Assembly (NCBI RefSeq): GCF_004010195.1
Contig: NC_057738.1
Span: forward strand, 31,709,164 to 31,773,132
DNA from: Chiloscyllium plagiosum
Taxonomy: Eukaryota
Length of the DNA stretch: 63,969 nucleotides
Direction of reading: 5' to 3'
How positions within the stretch are numbered: the stretch's first letter is position 1; every line of letters starts with the position of its first letter. The translations under genes were made by a program, and so were the position numbers. This document shows, one piece after another, positions 23,671 to 36,015 of the stretch. The notes under the pieces were generated by a model, which ran no database searches, was not told the origin of the DNA, and saw only the letters and a list, made by a program, of their open reading frames with translations.

Positions 23671-24169
23671 ATCTTGACTGTATTTGCAAACTGATGGGAC
23701 TGAGCTCATGCTGTTGGTGTACCTGACACACTGTGTTTAACTCTTATACCTAGCAAGAAACTGCGAGACAACTCTTAATAATTGTGAATGATAATATTTA
23801 TTTACTTAACATCATTAATATTATAATAAAACACTCCACAAGCTAACAATTTACTCTATAAATCTAATCCACTATCATGTGCTTTAACTTCACTCTGGAT
23901 GATCATATCCCACCACACTAGATCATGACCCTGATCCACATAGCGATGATTGTCTGGTCTTCTCCTGGAAGTCCCAGGGGTGTCTTCTCTTCTCTGTGTT
24001 TGATCTTGAGTTACCACTCCTGAGAGTATTTCCACTATAAGAATCCAGTGATTCTTATACTTAGGAGTCTTTGTGCTCTTTTGGGAGGGTCTTCCATGTC
24101 CACCAATAGATTGGTCAAGGTTTGATCACCCTGAGTGATCGAACCCAGCAGGTATTGACATGCCGATGG

Positions 24170-24471
24170 AAGACCAGCAGGAGGCTGGAAGAACACAGCA
24201 AGCCAGGCAGCATCAGGAGGTGGAGAAGTCAATGTTTCGGATGTAATCCTTCTTCAGGACTGGGGGTGGGTGTAAGGGGAGCTGCAGATAAAGGAGATGG
24301 CGGGGGCAGGATGGTGAAGTGGGGATAGGTGAAGACAGGTAGAGGGTATGACTGGCTGGCCAATGGGAGGAATGAATCCAGTAGGTGGCTGGGAGGAGTA
24401 GAAGGGAGGAGGAGGGGCTGGGAAGGGAATTGGGGGCAGGGAAGGGAGGTTATTTGAAATTGGAGAACTCA
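24170..24471 (-). mobile_element. PLE 3' region with hammerhead motif
   Basis: Minus strand AGTC-CTGAAGA-A-GGAT(TAC)ATCC-GAAACATT-GACT (24227-24261); C-rich leader like 41160-41270. Confidence 0.75.
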
Positions 24472-26089
24472 AATAAGAGTGTGAGGCACTAATTTGTCTG
24501 GTAAACAGCTCAATGTTTCTGATTGTCCCGGGACGACATTCAGGTCAATTCCGTCCCATTCAAATTCAAGTGTATTTTATGGTCTGCAATTGCTGGGTCA
24601 ATTGCATACTGTCTGTTTGTAGCTGCAGCCAGTCTGGATTCTGCAGTTGTTTATTCCAGGGTCTTTCAGCACAGTCACATTTGGCTAAGGCTTGTCTCAA
24701 TTTCCCAGCATGCCTCACTTGTTGTCCATTTTCATAAATCCATCATTTTGAGCAGTCTGTCTGGCCATACACAAGGCTGAACATTTTAACTAGGCAGTTA
24801 CAACCACACTTACCACAACTCTGATCTCAATCCCAGATTTAAATTTAACAATTTCCACAATATTTGTTACTCCCTTTCATGACTTCCTTAGATGCACTGT
24901 CCAAACCCATGACCTCTTCCTTCTCAATGTGCAGGGGCAGCAGATACAAAGGAACACTACCACCCGCAAGTTCCCCTCCAAGCCATTCACCATCCTGACT
25001 GTCACACCGTCACATCACTGTTCCTTCACCGTTACTGCTCAAAATCCTTGAATTCCCTTTGGAAGAGAATTGTGGTCAACCTACAGCACATCGAATGCAG
25101 CAGTTCAAAAAGGCAGCTTACCACCCACCACCTTCTCAGCTCAGTCACTGAGGTCCACATCCTATGAATAAATACATAAACATGCCCTAGCTAATTCAAC
25201 AAGAAGCTCAAGATTCCATATTCAGAATTATAGTTTTCCTGGTTTTGAGTTGGCTGAAATTCCTTTGTTGGCATGAAATTGTTTTCTCTCTCTTTGCAGC
25301 CTTCATCTCCTACTCATTTCCTCTTGCAGTCTTTTCCCCACAGCCCTCTTCTGCACTTTGACCTCCCCCTGCACACTGCTCAGCTTGGAACTCCCCAGTA
25401 CCCATTGGAACTTAGAACGAGAGTTGACCTTTTTGAGAGATAAGTGATTCTGAGGGAACTCAATAGGGTGGGCGTGGAAAAGTTGTTTCCAAGTGTGAGG
25501 GAGATTAGAGCTAAAGCAAACAGTTTAGAAAGAAAGGATCTTCCATGAAAAGATGGAGATGAAGAGAAACAATTTCTCTGATGATTGTTAGCCTTTCGAA
25601 TTCTCTTCCCCAGAGAGTGGTGGAGGCAGAATCATTAAAATGTATTTAAAAACAGAAATAGCCCATCTCTTCCCTTTCTCCCTCTTTCAGCTCTTTCTTC
25701 ATGCTTCCCCCCAACTCCCTTTTCAGTCTCCCCATTTTCAGCTCTTTCTTTCCCCCTCCCCTTTCATGCCCCTTTTGCTCTCTCCCCTTTCCTACACCCC
25801 TATCAGCTGCCTTCTTCTCTCACCTCCTCTCCTCCTTATCTCTCCTGTCCGGATATAGCCTCACCCTGCAGTAACCATTCCCGCCACCCCTGATAAACAG
25901 CCCCCACTCCTGCCCCCTTCCACCCAACTCCATACCAGCCACGGGGCGCTGTCTGCAGTCCAACCCTGTGCAACGGTCATACTATGTAAATGCACACACT
26001 ATTTCGAGCAAACTTTAGAATTGCCATGCACCAAAAAATGAATTTATCCCATCGCTCCCTTTACATGATGACTTTCCGACAAACTCTTC

Positions 26090-26390
26090 TGCAATGGGCC
26101 GTCCACTGACAGGCAATGAGTCACACTTCCTGTCTGAATATAGTAGTCAGTGTCGCAATCAATGGGATTCAAGATTCGTATCTGAGGATGCAATTCTATT
26201 ACTAGATAAGATGAGTTCCAAGTGCCCCTTATGTTGCTACCAATAATTCAAGAGTCCACGTCCTATTATTAAAGGTTTGAATCCAATTGTCAAACGTGGA
26301 TGGATATGAAATCTGTAGCTAGCCACTAATTTCATTTCCAATGACTCATATGTGTCAAGTGTCAATTTCACACATCATTTCCTGACACTG
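26090..26390. promoter_or_regulatory. Candidate immune enhancer (AP-1, ETS and ETS-IRF motifs)
   Basis: TGAGTCA 26117-26123 next to ACTTCCTGT 26125-26133; TTTCATTTCC (GGAAATGAAA on minus) 26330-26339 next to TGACTCA 26342-26348; ATTTCCTG ~26377. Confidence 0.4.
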
Positions 26391-26659
26391 CCCGATATTT
26401 TGCTCCAATTTAGATCTTTTACCAATTGCATTTTGCAAACGAGTTGAGCAAAAAAAAAAAAAATTTGGTTCATTTTTCTTGGAACTGCATAGGAGATCTG
26501 CTGTTTTCAGGATTATGCTTGGAAACCCAACACAAACTTACAAATAATTTTGCAGCTGTTCAACAAGTGCTCAGGAATCTGCCCACTCTAGCATGGCCCT
26601 CGCTCCCCGAAACTGCTTGCTGGGGCTCTCAAACTATACGGCAAGTGTCCTTCATGTGT

Positions 26660-26745
26660 CAAAAAGTGTGGCACTGGAAAAGAACGGTCGTTCAGGCAGG
26701 ATCTGAGGAGTCGACATTTCGAGCATAAACTCTTCATCAGGAATC
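26660..26745 (-). mobile_element. PLE family A fragment with hammerhead motif
   Basis: Minus strand ATTC-CTGATGA-A-GAGT(TTAT)GCTC-GAAATGTC-GACT. Confidence 0.7.
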
Positions 26746-26999
26746 CTTCATTTGTCCAAGAGGGGAAAGAAAGAGCACTAGATTTCCTCTCAATTTAAAT
26801 CATTTCGATAATATAAAATTGAGACCAGTCTTTTTGCCTGGAGAGCAACTCAGTCCCAAGCCTTTTCTGCTGATTTTCTGCTCGTAATAAATCTCCCTGG
26901 ACATCTGAATCTGACATAGCCTCTCTGGTTATCTGGTCAGTGATACTGAAATTAACTAATATATCATTCCTAAACTTGCTGCTTATTAAACTTATAGAG

Positions 27000-27405
27000 G
27001 ATAGAGTCATGGAGGTCTGCAGCATGGAAACAGACCCTTCAACCATCTGCTTTCTGTTATTCCTGAAGAAGGGCTCATGCCCGAAATGTCGATTCTCCTG
27101 CTCCTTGGATGCTGCCTGACCTGCTGCGCTTTTCCAGCAACACATTTTCAGCCGTTCAACCATCTGGCCCAGTTTTTTCAATTAGACTAGTCCCATCAGC
27201 CTGCATTGGTCCCTATCCCTCCATACCTATCCCATCCATATACCTGTCTAAATGTTTCTTAAATGGCAAAATTTTACACACCCTCACCACCACTTCTGGC
27301 AGTCTGTTCCAGACACACCACCACCCTCTGTGTTAAAAAAAATCCACCTGGACTCTTTTGTATCTCTTCCCTCTCCCTTTAACCCTATGCTCTCTGATTT
27401 TAAAC
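27000..27405 (-). mobile_element. CR1 3' end carrying a PLE insertion (27050-27154)
   Basis: CR1 tail ATAGAGTCATGG; TSD TTCAACCATCTG at 27038-27049 and 27155-27166; insert has CTGAAGA-A-GGGC(TCAT)GCCC-GAAATGTC on plus. Confidence 0.8.
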
Positions 27406-29324
27406 TTAATAAAACTATTTGAAAATTCCTTATGAATAGTCAACTGCCTACATTAGGTAACTACAGTCACAAAGTCCCCCCAAGATCTGGCAAGACCCAA
27501 TATTATCCCACTTTCCAACTGTCCAGGTTCCGCAACCTCTCGACTTCTCAATGAGGAAATATTTATCCTCCCTTCCTGTGCATATATTGACGGCTCCAGT
27601 TATCCAACTGAACTGTGCTGCCTGTGTCAATGAGGCCATTTCTCAATTTTGACATCATGGAGCACAGTCATTTGGCACAGCCGCAGAGGATCTTGTGCAA
27701 TATCAGCCAGAGGGGAGTACCAGCTCCCATTTATCAAGGACAATCAAACAAGGAACTGAGGCTGCTGGAGATCTGAAACAAAGACTGAACTTGCTGGAGA
27801 AACTCAGCAGATCTAGCAGCATCTGTGGGAAGGAAGCTTTAAAATATATCTATAGGCTAGTGGCTGGCTTCTTCTATTGATAGTCTTCCTCTCAAGGTAA
27901 TGTTCTCTACGAGGAAGCCGTCTTGGTTGTGTAACCCGAGCCCATGGTCTCAGGAAACAAGTGTACTTTCTATCAGGTCTGGGTTTCCTTTGTGCACTCC
28001 TGTCCTGAGAGCTAACTGCCCCTTGGAAAATGTATTGTCTTCCAGCCCCATTCCACTCAATCTGCGTCTCCACTGATCAATAACCTTATTGATTCTAGTG
28101 CTTCCTACCGGGTCCTGAAAGATTCAAGTGCTCACAATGTTTGTTTGTTCTTCTTCACCTTTTGTTCTTCATCCATTCTTTTCCTGGCCATCATCTTCTG
28201 CTCTCTGTTGTGGCAAAAGAGGAGGGTACATTGGTGTGAACATTGTCCACTTGCCCTTAAAGAGGCAGGACGCTGCATTGGTTTGAAGGGTTTCTACCGA
28301 GACTATTATAGGATGGAGCCGATGGCCTCATATTAACCTCAGCATCTCCCATGATGAAAGCAGAGGGTAGCCATCAGCTACACGGCCTGCCTCCAGTAGA
28401 GAGGGAGCTTTTTGCTGGCTGCAATGTTTTCCCATGTTCCCCGACACACACAAAACGTATGCACACGTCTCTCCTGTAATAGGACTAACTGAATTAGGGG
28501 AAAGGTGACATAGAAGCAGGCATGAACATATAGACAAATGAGGGACTTGTTCCTTCGAGCCTGCTCCATCATTCAATAAGACCGTAGATGATCTGGTTGA
28601 CAAAGTTATTAATGTTGTATTATTGCTTTCAAAGTTTTACTTACTTACAAATAAGAAAACAGGCAGGATGTCATCACATGACCAGAGACCACAGTTTTTC
28701 TGCACTGTAGTACCCAGGGTCAAAGTTGTGTCTATTGATCACTAGATGCTGTTGATATGCAAGTTAGTTTGATCTTAGAGTAGGATAAAAGATTGAAAAA
28801 ATGAGAAAAAAGGGCCAAAGAGCTATACTATTAGTTTTAGATGTAAATAAACCCTGAAGAAATCTTCAAGTAAATGTAATTCAGATATTTCATTTGTGTT
28901 CCGTACTGAGTGCACAAGGAACTGTCATATGGTCTGCAGTGATGACTGTCTCTTTAAAAAAAAAGAGAACAAAGAAAGGTTGAAGACGAGCTGAAGCAGC
29001 GAAAACATCCCACAGCAATCCAGAAATCCCCGTGCTCCAGAAAGCAGAAGAAAATAAGGCTTTCATGACATACTGTGTACTTCTGAACTTGCCAGGTCCT
29101 TGCAGGCTGTCAATTGAGTCAGGATCATGCTATTTAAAATATAAAGGGTCATCAGACACCATGCCGTGTGGGAGTCGAATGTGATCGCAACAGCACAGAC
29201 ACTGACCCAATGGAGAGTCTGCATCCTCCCTCATCATAGATAAGTTTCCAAGAAGCAAATCCAGTTTGTTGTGTTAAACTGAAACACAACAGTGTTTAAC
29301 ACACTGTAGTATAACAGGCACAAA

Positions 29325-29406
29325 TGGCAGCAGGGAGATTTGAATCCATGCCTCCTAAGAGACTAGAACCTTAATCCAGTGCCTTAGACCACTCAGCCAC
29401 ACTGCA
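29325..29406 (-). pseudogene. tRNA-Leu(AAG) pseudogene
   Basis: 82 nt collinear with vertebrate tRNA-Leu-AAG (TGGCTGAGTGGTCTAAGGCACTGGATTAAGG...CTGCCA); CpGs lost; B-box reads GATTCAAAT. Confidence 0.85.
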
Positions 29407-30926
29407 TCAGAGAGCAGATCAATTTTCCTTTGTGTGAATCCAAGGAAAGCAACGGGACCAGACGGAGTACCAAGCCGTGCACTCAGAGCATGTGCAGACA
29501 ATTGGCAGAGGTCTTCTCGGACATCTTCAACTCCTCCCTGCCTCAGGCCACTGTCCCTGCCTGATTCAAGAGGCCAACATCATCCCTGTGCCTAAGAAGG
29601 CTCATGCAGCATGTTTCAATGACGACCGCCCAGTGGCTCTAACCTCGGTGGTGATGAAGTGCTTTGAAAGGCTGGTCATGGCATTAATCAACTCCAGCCT
29701 CCCCACTACTCTTGACCCACTCCAATTTGCCTATCGGACCAACAGATCCATGTCAGATGCCATATCACTTGTGCTTCACTCCTCCCCAGAAATCTTGACA
29801 CCAAGAACAGCTATGTAAGAATCCTACTCATCGACTACAGTTCAGCCTTCAACACTATTATCCCCTCGGGACTGATTACTAAACTTAGTGATCTCAGACT
29901 AAGCCCCACTCTCTGCAACTGGATCCTCAGTTTCCTGTCCCATAGGCCACAATCAGTGAAGATTGGGGACAATATTTCTTCCTCACTAACACTCAACACT
30001 GGAGCCCTCAGGGGTGTGTACTCAGCCCCCTATTGTACTCACTGTATACCCATGACTGCGTCGCCAAATACCAGACTAATGCCATTTACATGTTCGCTGA
30101 TAACACCACCATAGTCGATCAAATCTCAGATGGTGATGAAACAGACTACAGACGGGAGGTGGAAGATCTGGAAAAACGGTGCACTGAGAACAACCTAGCT
30201 CTCAATGCTGACAAAACCAAGGAACTCATTATTGACTTTCGGCGGGATGTTACTCATGCTCCTGTACACATTAACAGCACAGAGGTGGAACGAGGGAGAG
30301 TGTCAAGCTCCTGGGAGTGGTCATCCACAGCAAGCTTTCTTGGACTCTTCATGTGGACGCACTGGTTACAAAGGCCCAACAATGTCTCTTCTTCCTCAGG
30401 CAGCTGAGGAAATTTGGCATGACCCTTGCCAACTTTTATAGGTGCACCATCGAGAACATTCTGTCTGGATGTATCACCACCTGATATGGCAACTGTAACA
30501 TTCAAGATCAGAAATGGTTACAGAGAGTGGTGAACTCGGCCCGGACAATCACACAGGCCAACCTCCCATCTATAGAATCCACCTACCAGGCCCGCAGTCA
30601 AGAAAAGGCCGCCAGCATTCTCAAAGATCCATCCCACCCTGGCAATGTTTTTCTACAACCTCTACCATTGGGGAGGAGATACAGAAGCCTGAACACACAC
30701 ATCAGCCGGTTTTGCAGCAGTTTCTACCCTACTGTTGTTAGAATACTGAATGGACTCACAAACTCTTAACACTCGCCTGTATCTGTGTTTTTGCCACTGT
30801 TTACCTATTATTTACTCATCTTTGCTACTTAACTGCGTAATCTGCCTGTATTGCTCATAAGACAAAGGTTTTCAATGTGCCTCAATATACGTGACAATAA
30901 ATTCAATTCAATCAAGTTCAATTCAA
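29407..30926 (+). mobile_element. Rex1/Babar-clade LINE, 5'-truncated
   Basis: NPRKATGPDG, IIPVPKK, RPVALTSVVMKCFERLV, LDPLQFAYR, FADNTTIV, KTKELIIDFRR; 3' end GTGACAATAAA(TTCAA)n. Confidence 0.88.
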
Positions 30927-31179
30927 AGGAAACAAAAATGTGCAAATTTAAACAATGGGCTGCAATTGGGATAACAGCAACTTTTAACAGAATATAAAAA
31001 AAAAGTTCTAAGTGTAGTGCTGAAGGCACACATAGTTCAGACGAAAACAAATTAAGAATCAGACAGCAGACAGCACACTGAATACTTTGTTACAATTACA
31101 AATGAAATGTCCCCGTAACAGGAAAGGTTAAACCATCACTAGTCATCTCTCTCTGATGAAAGCGCTGTGGTGAAAGAAT

Positions 31180-31415
31180 TGTGGTGACTGTCTGTGTCGA
31201 GTTTGCACACCCTCCCTGTGTCTGCTCTGGTATATTCCACAGTCCAAAGATGTGTAGGTTAGGTGGATTGACCATGCTAAATCGTCCATTAGTATCCAGG
31301 GATGTGCAAGCTAGGTGGATTATCCATAAGAAAAGCAAGGTTACAGGGATAGGGTAGAAGAGTGGGTCTGTGTGGGATGTTCTTCAGAGGGTTGGTGTGG
31401 ACTCAATGGGCCAGG
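31180..31415 (+). mobile_element. HE1-type SINE fragment
   Basis: GTGACTGTCTGTGTCGAGTTTGCACAC...GATGTGTAGGTTAGGTGGATTGACCATG. Confidence 0.8.
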
Positions 31416-33765
31416 GACACACCACCCTTTGTGAGAAAAATTTCCCTCACCCATCTCTTATAAAAATGTGCCCCCCACATCTTGAACCTGTGTCCCCTAG
31501 TAATTGGCTCCCCCACCCTGGAAAAAGCCTCATTGTTTCCTCTCTATCCATGCCATTCACAATCTTATAAATTTGCATTAAGTCATTCTCAACCTCCTGC
31601 ATTCCAGTGAAAACAAACCCAGTCTATCCAACTTTTCTTCATTGCTAAAATCCCCCATATCAGGCAACATCCTGGTAAACCTTTTCTGTACCCTCTCCAA
31701 AGCATCCACATCTTTCTGGTAGTGTGGTGACCAGAACGGTACACAATATTCAAAGTGTGGCTCAGCTAAAGTCCTATAAATTTGCAGCATAACTTGCCTA
31801 TCCTTATACTCAATGCCCCTTCCAATGAAGACAAGCCTGCCATAGGCCTTTTTTACTCCCTTATCCACCTGAACTGTCAGTGAGCTGTGGACTTGCACAC
31901 CCAGATCCCTCTGCATATATACTCCTAGGGGTTCTGCCATTCATAGTATAATTTCCACCTGTCCTTGTACTTCCAAAATGCATCACCTCACATTTGTTCG
32001 GATTACACTTCACCTGCCATTTTTCTGCCCATGCCTCTGACTGATCTATATCCTGCTGTATTCTCTGACAATCCTCCTCACTGTGCGCAACTCCACCAAT
32101 CTTTGTATCGTCCACAAATCTACTAATTAGACCAACTACATTTTCTTCCAAATCATTTACGTGGACCACAAACAGTAAAAATCCCAGCACTGATCTCTGT
32201 AAACACTACTGATCACTGACCTCGATTCTGAAAATCATCCTTCCACCACTATCTCCTATGACTAAGCCAGTTCTGTATCCTTCTTGCCAGCTTACCCCAA
32301 TACCGCGTGACTTAATCTTTTGTACCAATCTGCCATAAGGGACCTTGTCAAAGGCTTTACGGAAATCCAATATCAACTGTTTTTCCCTCATCTACAACTT
32401 TGGCACCTTCTCAAAAAACTCAATCAAATTAGTGAGGCATGACCCCCCCAGCACAAAACTATGCTGTCTATTACTGGTAAATCCACTTGCTTCCATAGAT
32501 CTGGTCTCTGAGAATCGTTTCCAATAATTTCCCTACTACCAACATGAGACTCACAGGCCTGTAATTTCCCAGAGTATCCTTGTTACCCTTCGTAAATAAT
32601 GGTACTACATTGGCTATTCTCCAGTCCTCTGGGACTTCACTTGTGGCCAACAAGGATACAAAGATGTCTGTCAACGCTCCAGCAATTTGTTCTCTTGCCT
32701 CGCACAATATTCTGGGATACAGCCCATCAGGACTCAAGGATTTATCTACCCGAGTACTTTTTAAGACACTCAACACCCAATAGCAACTTTGCCTCGAAAT
32801 TCGACAATCTCTTACCAGAGATCATCCTGCACCAATTCCTTCTTTTCGGTGAATATTGACACAAAGTATTCGTTTAGGACCTCAACTCCTTCCTCTGGCT
32901 CGACACATCAATTCTTTTCTTAGAGCTTGAGTGAGCCAACACTTTCCCTGACTACCTTCATGCTTTCTATATATGTATAAACATATATATGTGATTCTCC
33001 TTAATCCTGCTTGCTAATGACCTATCATGACCCCTTTTAGCAATCCTAACGTCTTGTTTAAATTCCTTTCTACTTTTCTTATATACCTTAAGGGCTTTGT
33101 CAGTTCCCATCCTCCTAGCTCTTATGTATGCTTCCTTTTCCTTTTGATCATAACATCCCTGGTCATTCAAGGTTCACGTAACCTGCCATACCGACTCTTC
33201 ATTCTTGCAGGAACATGCTGCTCCTGAACTCTTATCAACTAACGTTTGAAATACTCCCACATGTCCAATGTGGATTTTCCCTCAAACAGGCACCTCCAAT
33301 CAAAATTCTCCAGTTCCTGTCTAATGTTGTTAAGCTCTGATCCCCAGCATCTGCAGTCCTCACTTTCTCCTAATATTGTTGTAGTTCGCTTTCCCCCAGT
33401 TTAACACCTTCACCCGAGGATTGCTGTTATCCCTATCCATGAGTATCTTAAAATTCACAGTATTATGGTCACTACTCACGAAGTGCTCCCCCACTGAAAC
33501 TTCAGTCACCTGGCCGGGCTCATTTCCCCAAACCAGGTCCAGTTTAATCCCTTGCCTGGTTGGACTATTTGAATACTGTGTCAGGAAACCTCCTGAATGG
33601 TCTTTACAAATTCTGCCCCATCCAAGCCCCTAGCATGAAGTGAATCCCAGTCAATACAGGGGAAGTTAAAGTCACTCACTACAACAGCCCTGATGTTTTT
33701 ACATCTTTCCAAAATCTGTCCACATATTCTGTCTATCTCCTGCTGGTTTCTGGGAGGTCTGTAGT
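31416..33765 (-). mobile_element. CR1/HER1 LINE (endonuclease C-terminus to RT), frameshifted
   Basis: DKSLSPDG, EDWRIANVVPLF, NYRPVSL, LDFRKAFDKVPY, FVDDTKIGG, ERVQKRFTRMLP. Confidence 0.92.
33332..33369 (+). mobile_element. PLE tail-only insertion (~38 nt)
   Basis: CTCTGATCCCCAGCATCTGCAGTCCTCACTTTCTC flanked by CTAATGTTGTT (33321-33331) and CTAATATTGTT (33370-33380). Confidence 0.7.
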
Positions 33766-34065
33766 GTTTGAAATAGTTGATTGCCTCAACATCTATGAAA
33801 AAGTTTCAAAAGGACCGCTTGGAAATAAAGAAAGGTTACATCATTAATTTACTGATAGCAGATGGCAGAATTTTTTTTTCCTGAAATCGTAATTGAGAAA
33901 ATTACTTAAAATTTAAGTACACATGAGAAATTCAGTTTAGGGGGGTAAATACAATTACATTTTTAATTTTATTTTGAAACAAGAGCCAACGGAGACAGTC
34001 TTGTTGGTTTTAAGTTAAAAATCACACAACACCAGGTTATAGTCCAACAGGTTTAATTGGAAGCA

Positions 34066-34100
34066 CACTAGCTTTCGGAGTGACGCTCCGTCATCAGGTG
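34066..34100 (-). ncRNA. Minimal hammerhead ribozyme motif (family B, minus-strand copy)
   Basis: Minus strand CAC-CTGATGA-C-GGAG(CGTCA)CTCC-GAAA-GC-TA-GTG. Confidence 0.7.
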
Positions 34101-34124
34101 ATTGTGCTTCAGGTGTCCACAAAT

Positions 34125-34159
34125 CACCTGATGAAGGAGCGTCGCTCCGAAAGCTAGTG
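34125..34159 (+). ncRNA. Minimal hammerhead ribozyme motif (family B, plus-strand copy)
   Basis: CAC-CTGATGA-A-GGAGC(GTC)GCTCC-GAAA-GC-TA-GTG; helix I CAC/GTG, palindromic AGCT helix III, CUA cleavage triplet (after A34156). Confidence 0.78.
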
Positions 34160-35909
34160 TGCTTCCAATTAAACCTGTTGGACTATAACCTGGTGTTGTG
34201 TGATTTTTAACTTTGTACACCCCAGTCCAACACCGGCATCTCCGAATCATGTTGGTTTTAATGTGCATCAAATAAAAGGGGAAAGTTTATTTGGGAAGAA
34301 ATTAATGACAACTGATGAAGCCTATCAGCCCAATTGCACTCCTGAGGCTGAACAAAAACGAAAAGCTCAGGCCTTTTGTTGTCAATTTTAAATGTGGGAT
34401 AGCTTTTCAGAAAAAGAAAAGTCAAGTATAACTTAGCAAATTACTTTTGAGAGAATTGTATGCTTTTTTGAATCTTGGCAGAATTTTGGTAATGCTTGAA
34501 ATCACACAATAATATTTGATTTCTGTTTTAAAGGTATTGTGAAAATATGCTTTTAAAAAAACAAATAACCTGGACAGCAAGGTTTCTCCAAAGCTTCTGG
34601 ATCAGATAGAATAGTAATTGATGGATTGGCTCATTTAGAATTAATGAACAGTGACAGGGAAAAAGTGACAATGCACCATATGAAAATGGAAATTATTCTC
34701 TTGGGGTATAGTTACTTGGAATATATCAAGTGAAAGGAAAATACTCATGAAATTAAATCATATCAGCTTTCTCTTGGAGATATGTAAGCCTTTGCCTATG
34801 AATTTTCTACAAGAGCTGAGTTGGATGATTTGGCCATTACCAGAATGTTGGGACCAGGCAGGGAGGATACATATGCATCCCCACCAATTTTAGGTATTTT
34901 GAAAAGGTCATCTGGAGGTCAAGAGTGCATGGCGTGATCTTGGGATACCTATTTAAGTGTGCAGAAACAATTATTACAACTGAAATAACTAACTTGAGGA
35001 GATGCATGGTGAAATTGCATTGAAGAATGGGCCTCAGACATGTACATCTACTTAACAAAATGGTTATTGTGGCCTGGAAGAGCACAAAATTATAGTTCAA
35101 CTGATGAAGCTCATAATCCACAGAGAAACTGACTTTAAAACAATGAAAGTGGTATTGGTGAGAAGGTAAAAACTAAAGTAAAATGAACTTTGGATCAGGA
35201 CAATCAGAAACTAAGAAGGGAAATACTTAAGAAATCCACAAGATGGGTTGAGATGAAGGGTAAACTGAAGAATCTTTTCTATCCAACCACAATCCATCAC
35301 TGAATGTAATATAGCCAGCTAAAAATGAGCCAATGAAGAGAGGAGAATTCCAACAATTCCATGTTGGAACCCAAGGCAATGGTTGGCCCGAATCTATCTA
35401 GGTCAGTGATGTTGGGGCTGGACCAACGGCCAAAAAGGGGAAACTGTTACATTTTGAGGTTCCTGAAAAACTGAAGTTCCCTAATATTTACTATCTAGCA
35501 TTACATTTCTTTCTAACAGCTATTACAGCATCACTTTTCCAAAACTCTAGCATATGAAAACAAAGTCAAGAATTACAAAAATATTGAGGTCACGTTGCCC
35601 AACGATGGGCATTAGCAATTCATCTGGTGCCAAACGCATCCTATCATCAGTGTGTCATTTATTTGAAAATGAGCTTAGAAAGAATAGCAAAGTTACCCTC
35701 ATACTAGGACAGGCAAGGGGATAATGAGCATCCAGTGTCATGAGTGTCTGTACAATGGCCATTGCTTAAAAGGGTTCAGATGATTGATGAACACAGAGTA
35801 AATAGCCTGCCCCCCTGAAATATGAGGCAACAATAAATGTCAGGCTCTGAGAGAGCAGGACAGGAGACACCAGAGAGAAGCCTGGAAAGGCTAGGCCGAT
35901 TCCACACTG

Positions 35910-35951
35910 GGGTAACCACGCTCGGGTAACCACGCTCGGGTAACAACGCTG
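35910..35951 (+). repeat. 3 x 14-bp tandem repeat
   Basis: GGGTAACCACGCTC twice, then GGGTAACAACGCTG. Confidence 0.9.
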
Positions 35952-36015
35952 GGGCCAAGACAGTTCAAAAGCCAGATTCTACACCCGAGCCAGGTCAAAT
36001 CCATGCTGGAGTATT

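Larger units (their letters stand above)
34012..34249. mobile_element. Young PLE family B fold-back element with 12-bp TSD
   Basis: Near-perfect ~95-bp inverted arms 34012-34106 / 34118-34213; unpaired tail 34214-34249; TSD TGTTGGTTTTAA at 34002-34013 and 34250-34261. Confidence 0.92.

Noticed and set aside
29110-29170. TGAGTCA plus TATA-like motif as a distal promoter
   Set aside because: No convincing downstream donor or exon; such motifs are expected by chance
34012-34213. Hairpin as a pre-miRNA or MITE
   Set aside because: Variable 10-17-bp TSDs, asymmetric tail and hammerhead cores fit PLE pLTR inversion better
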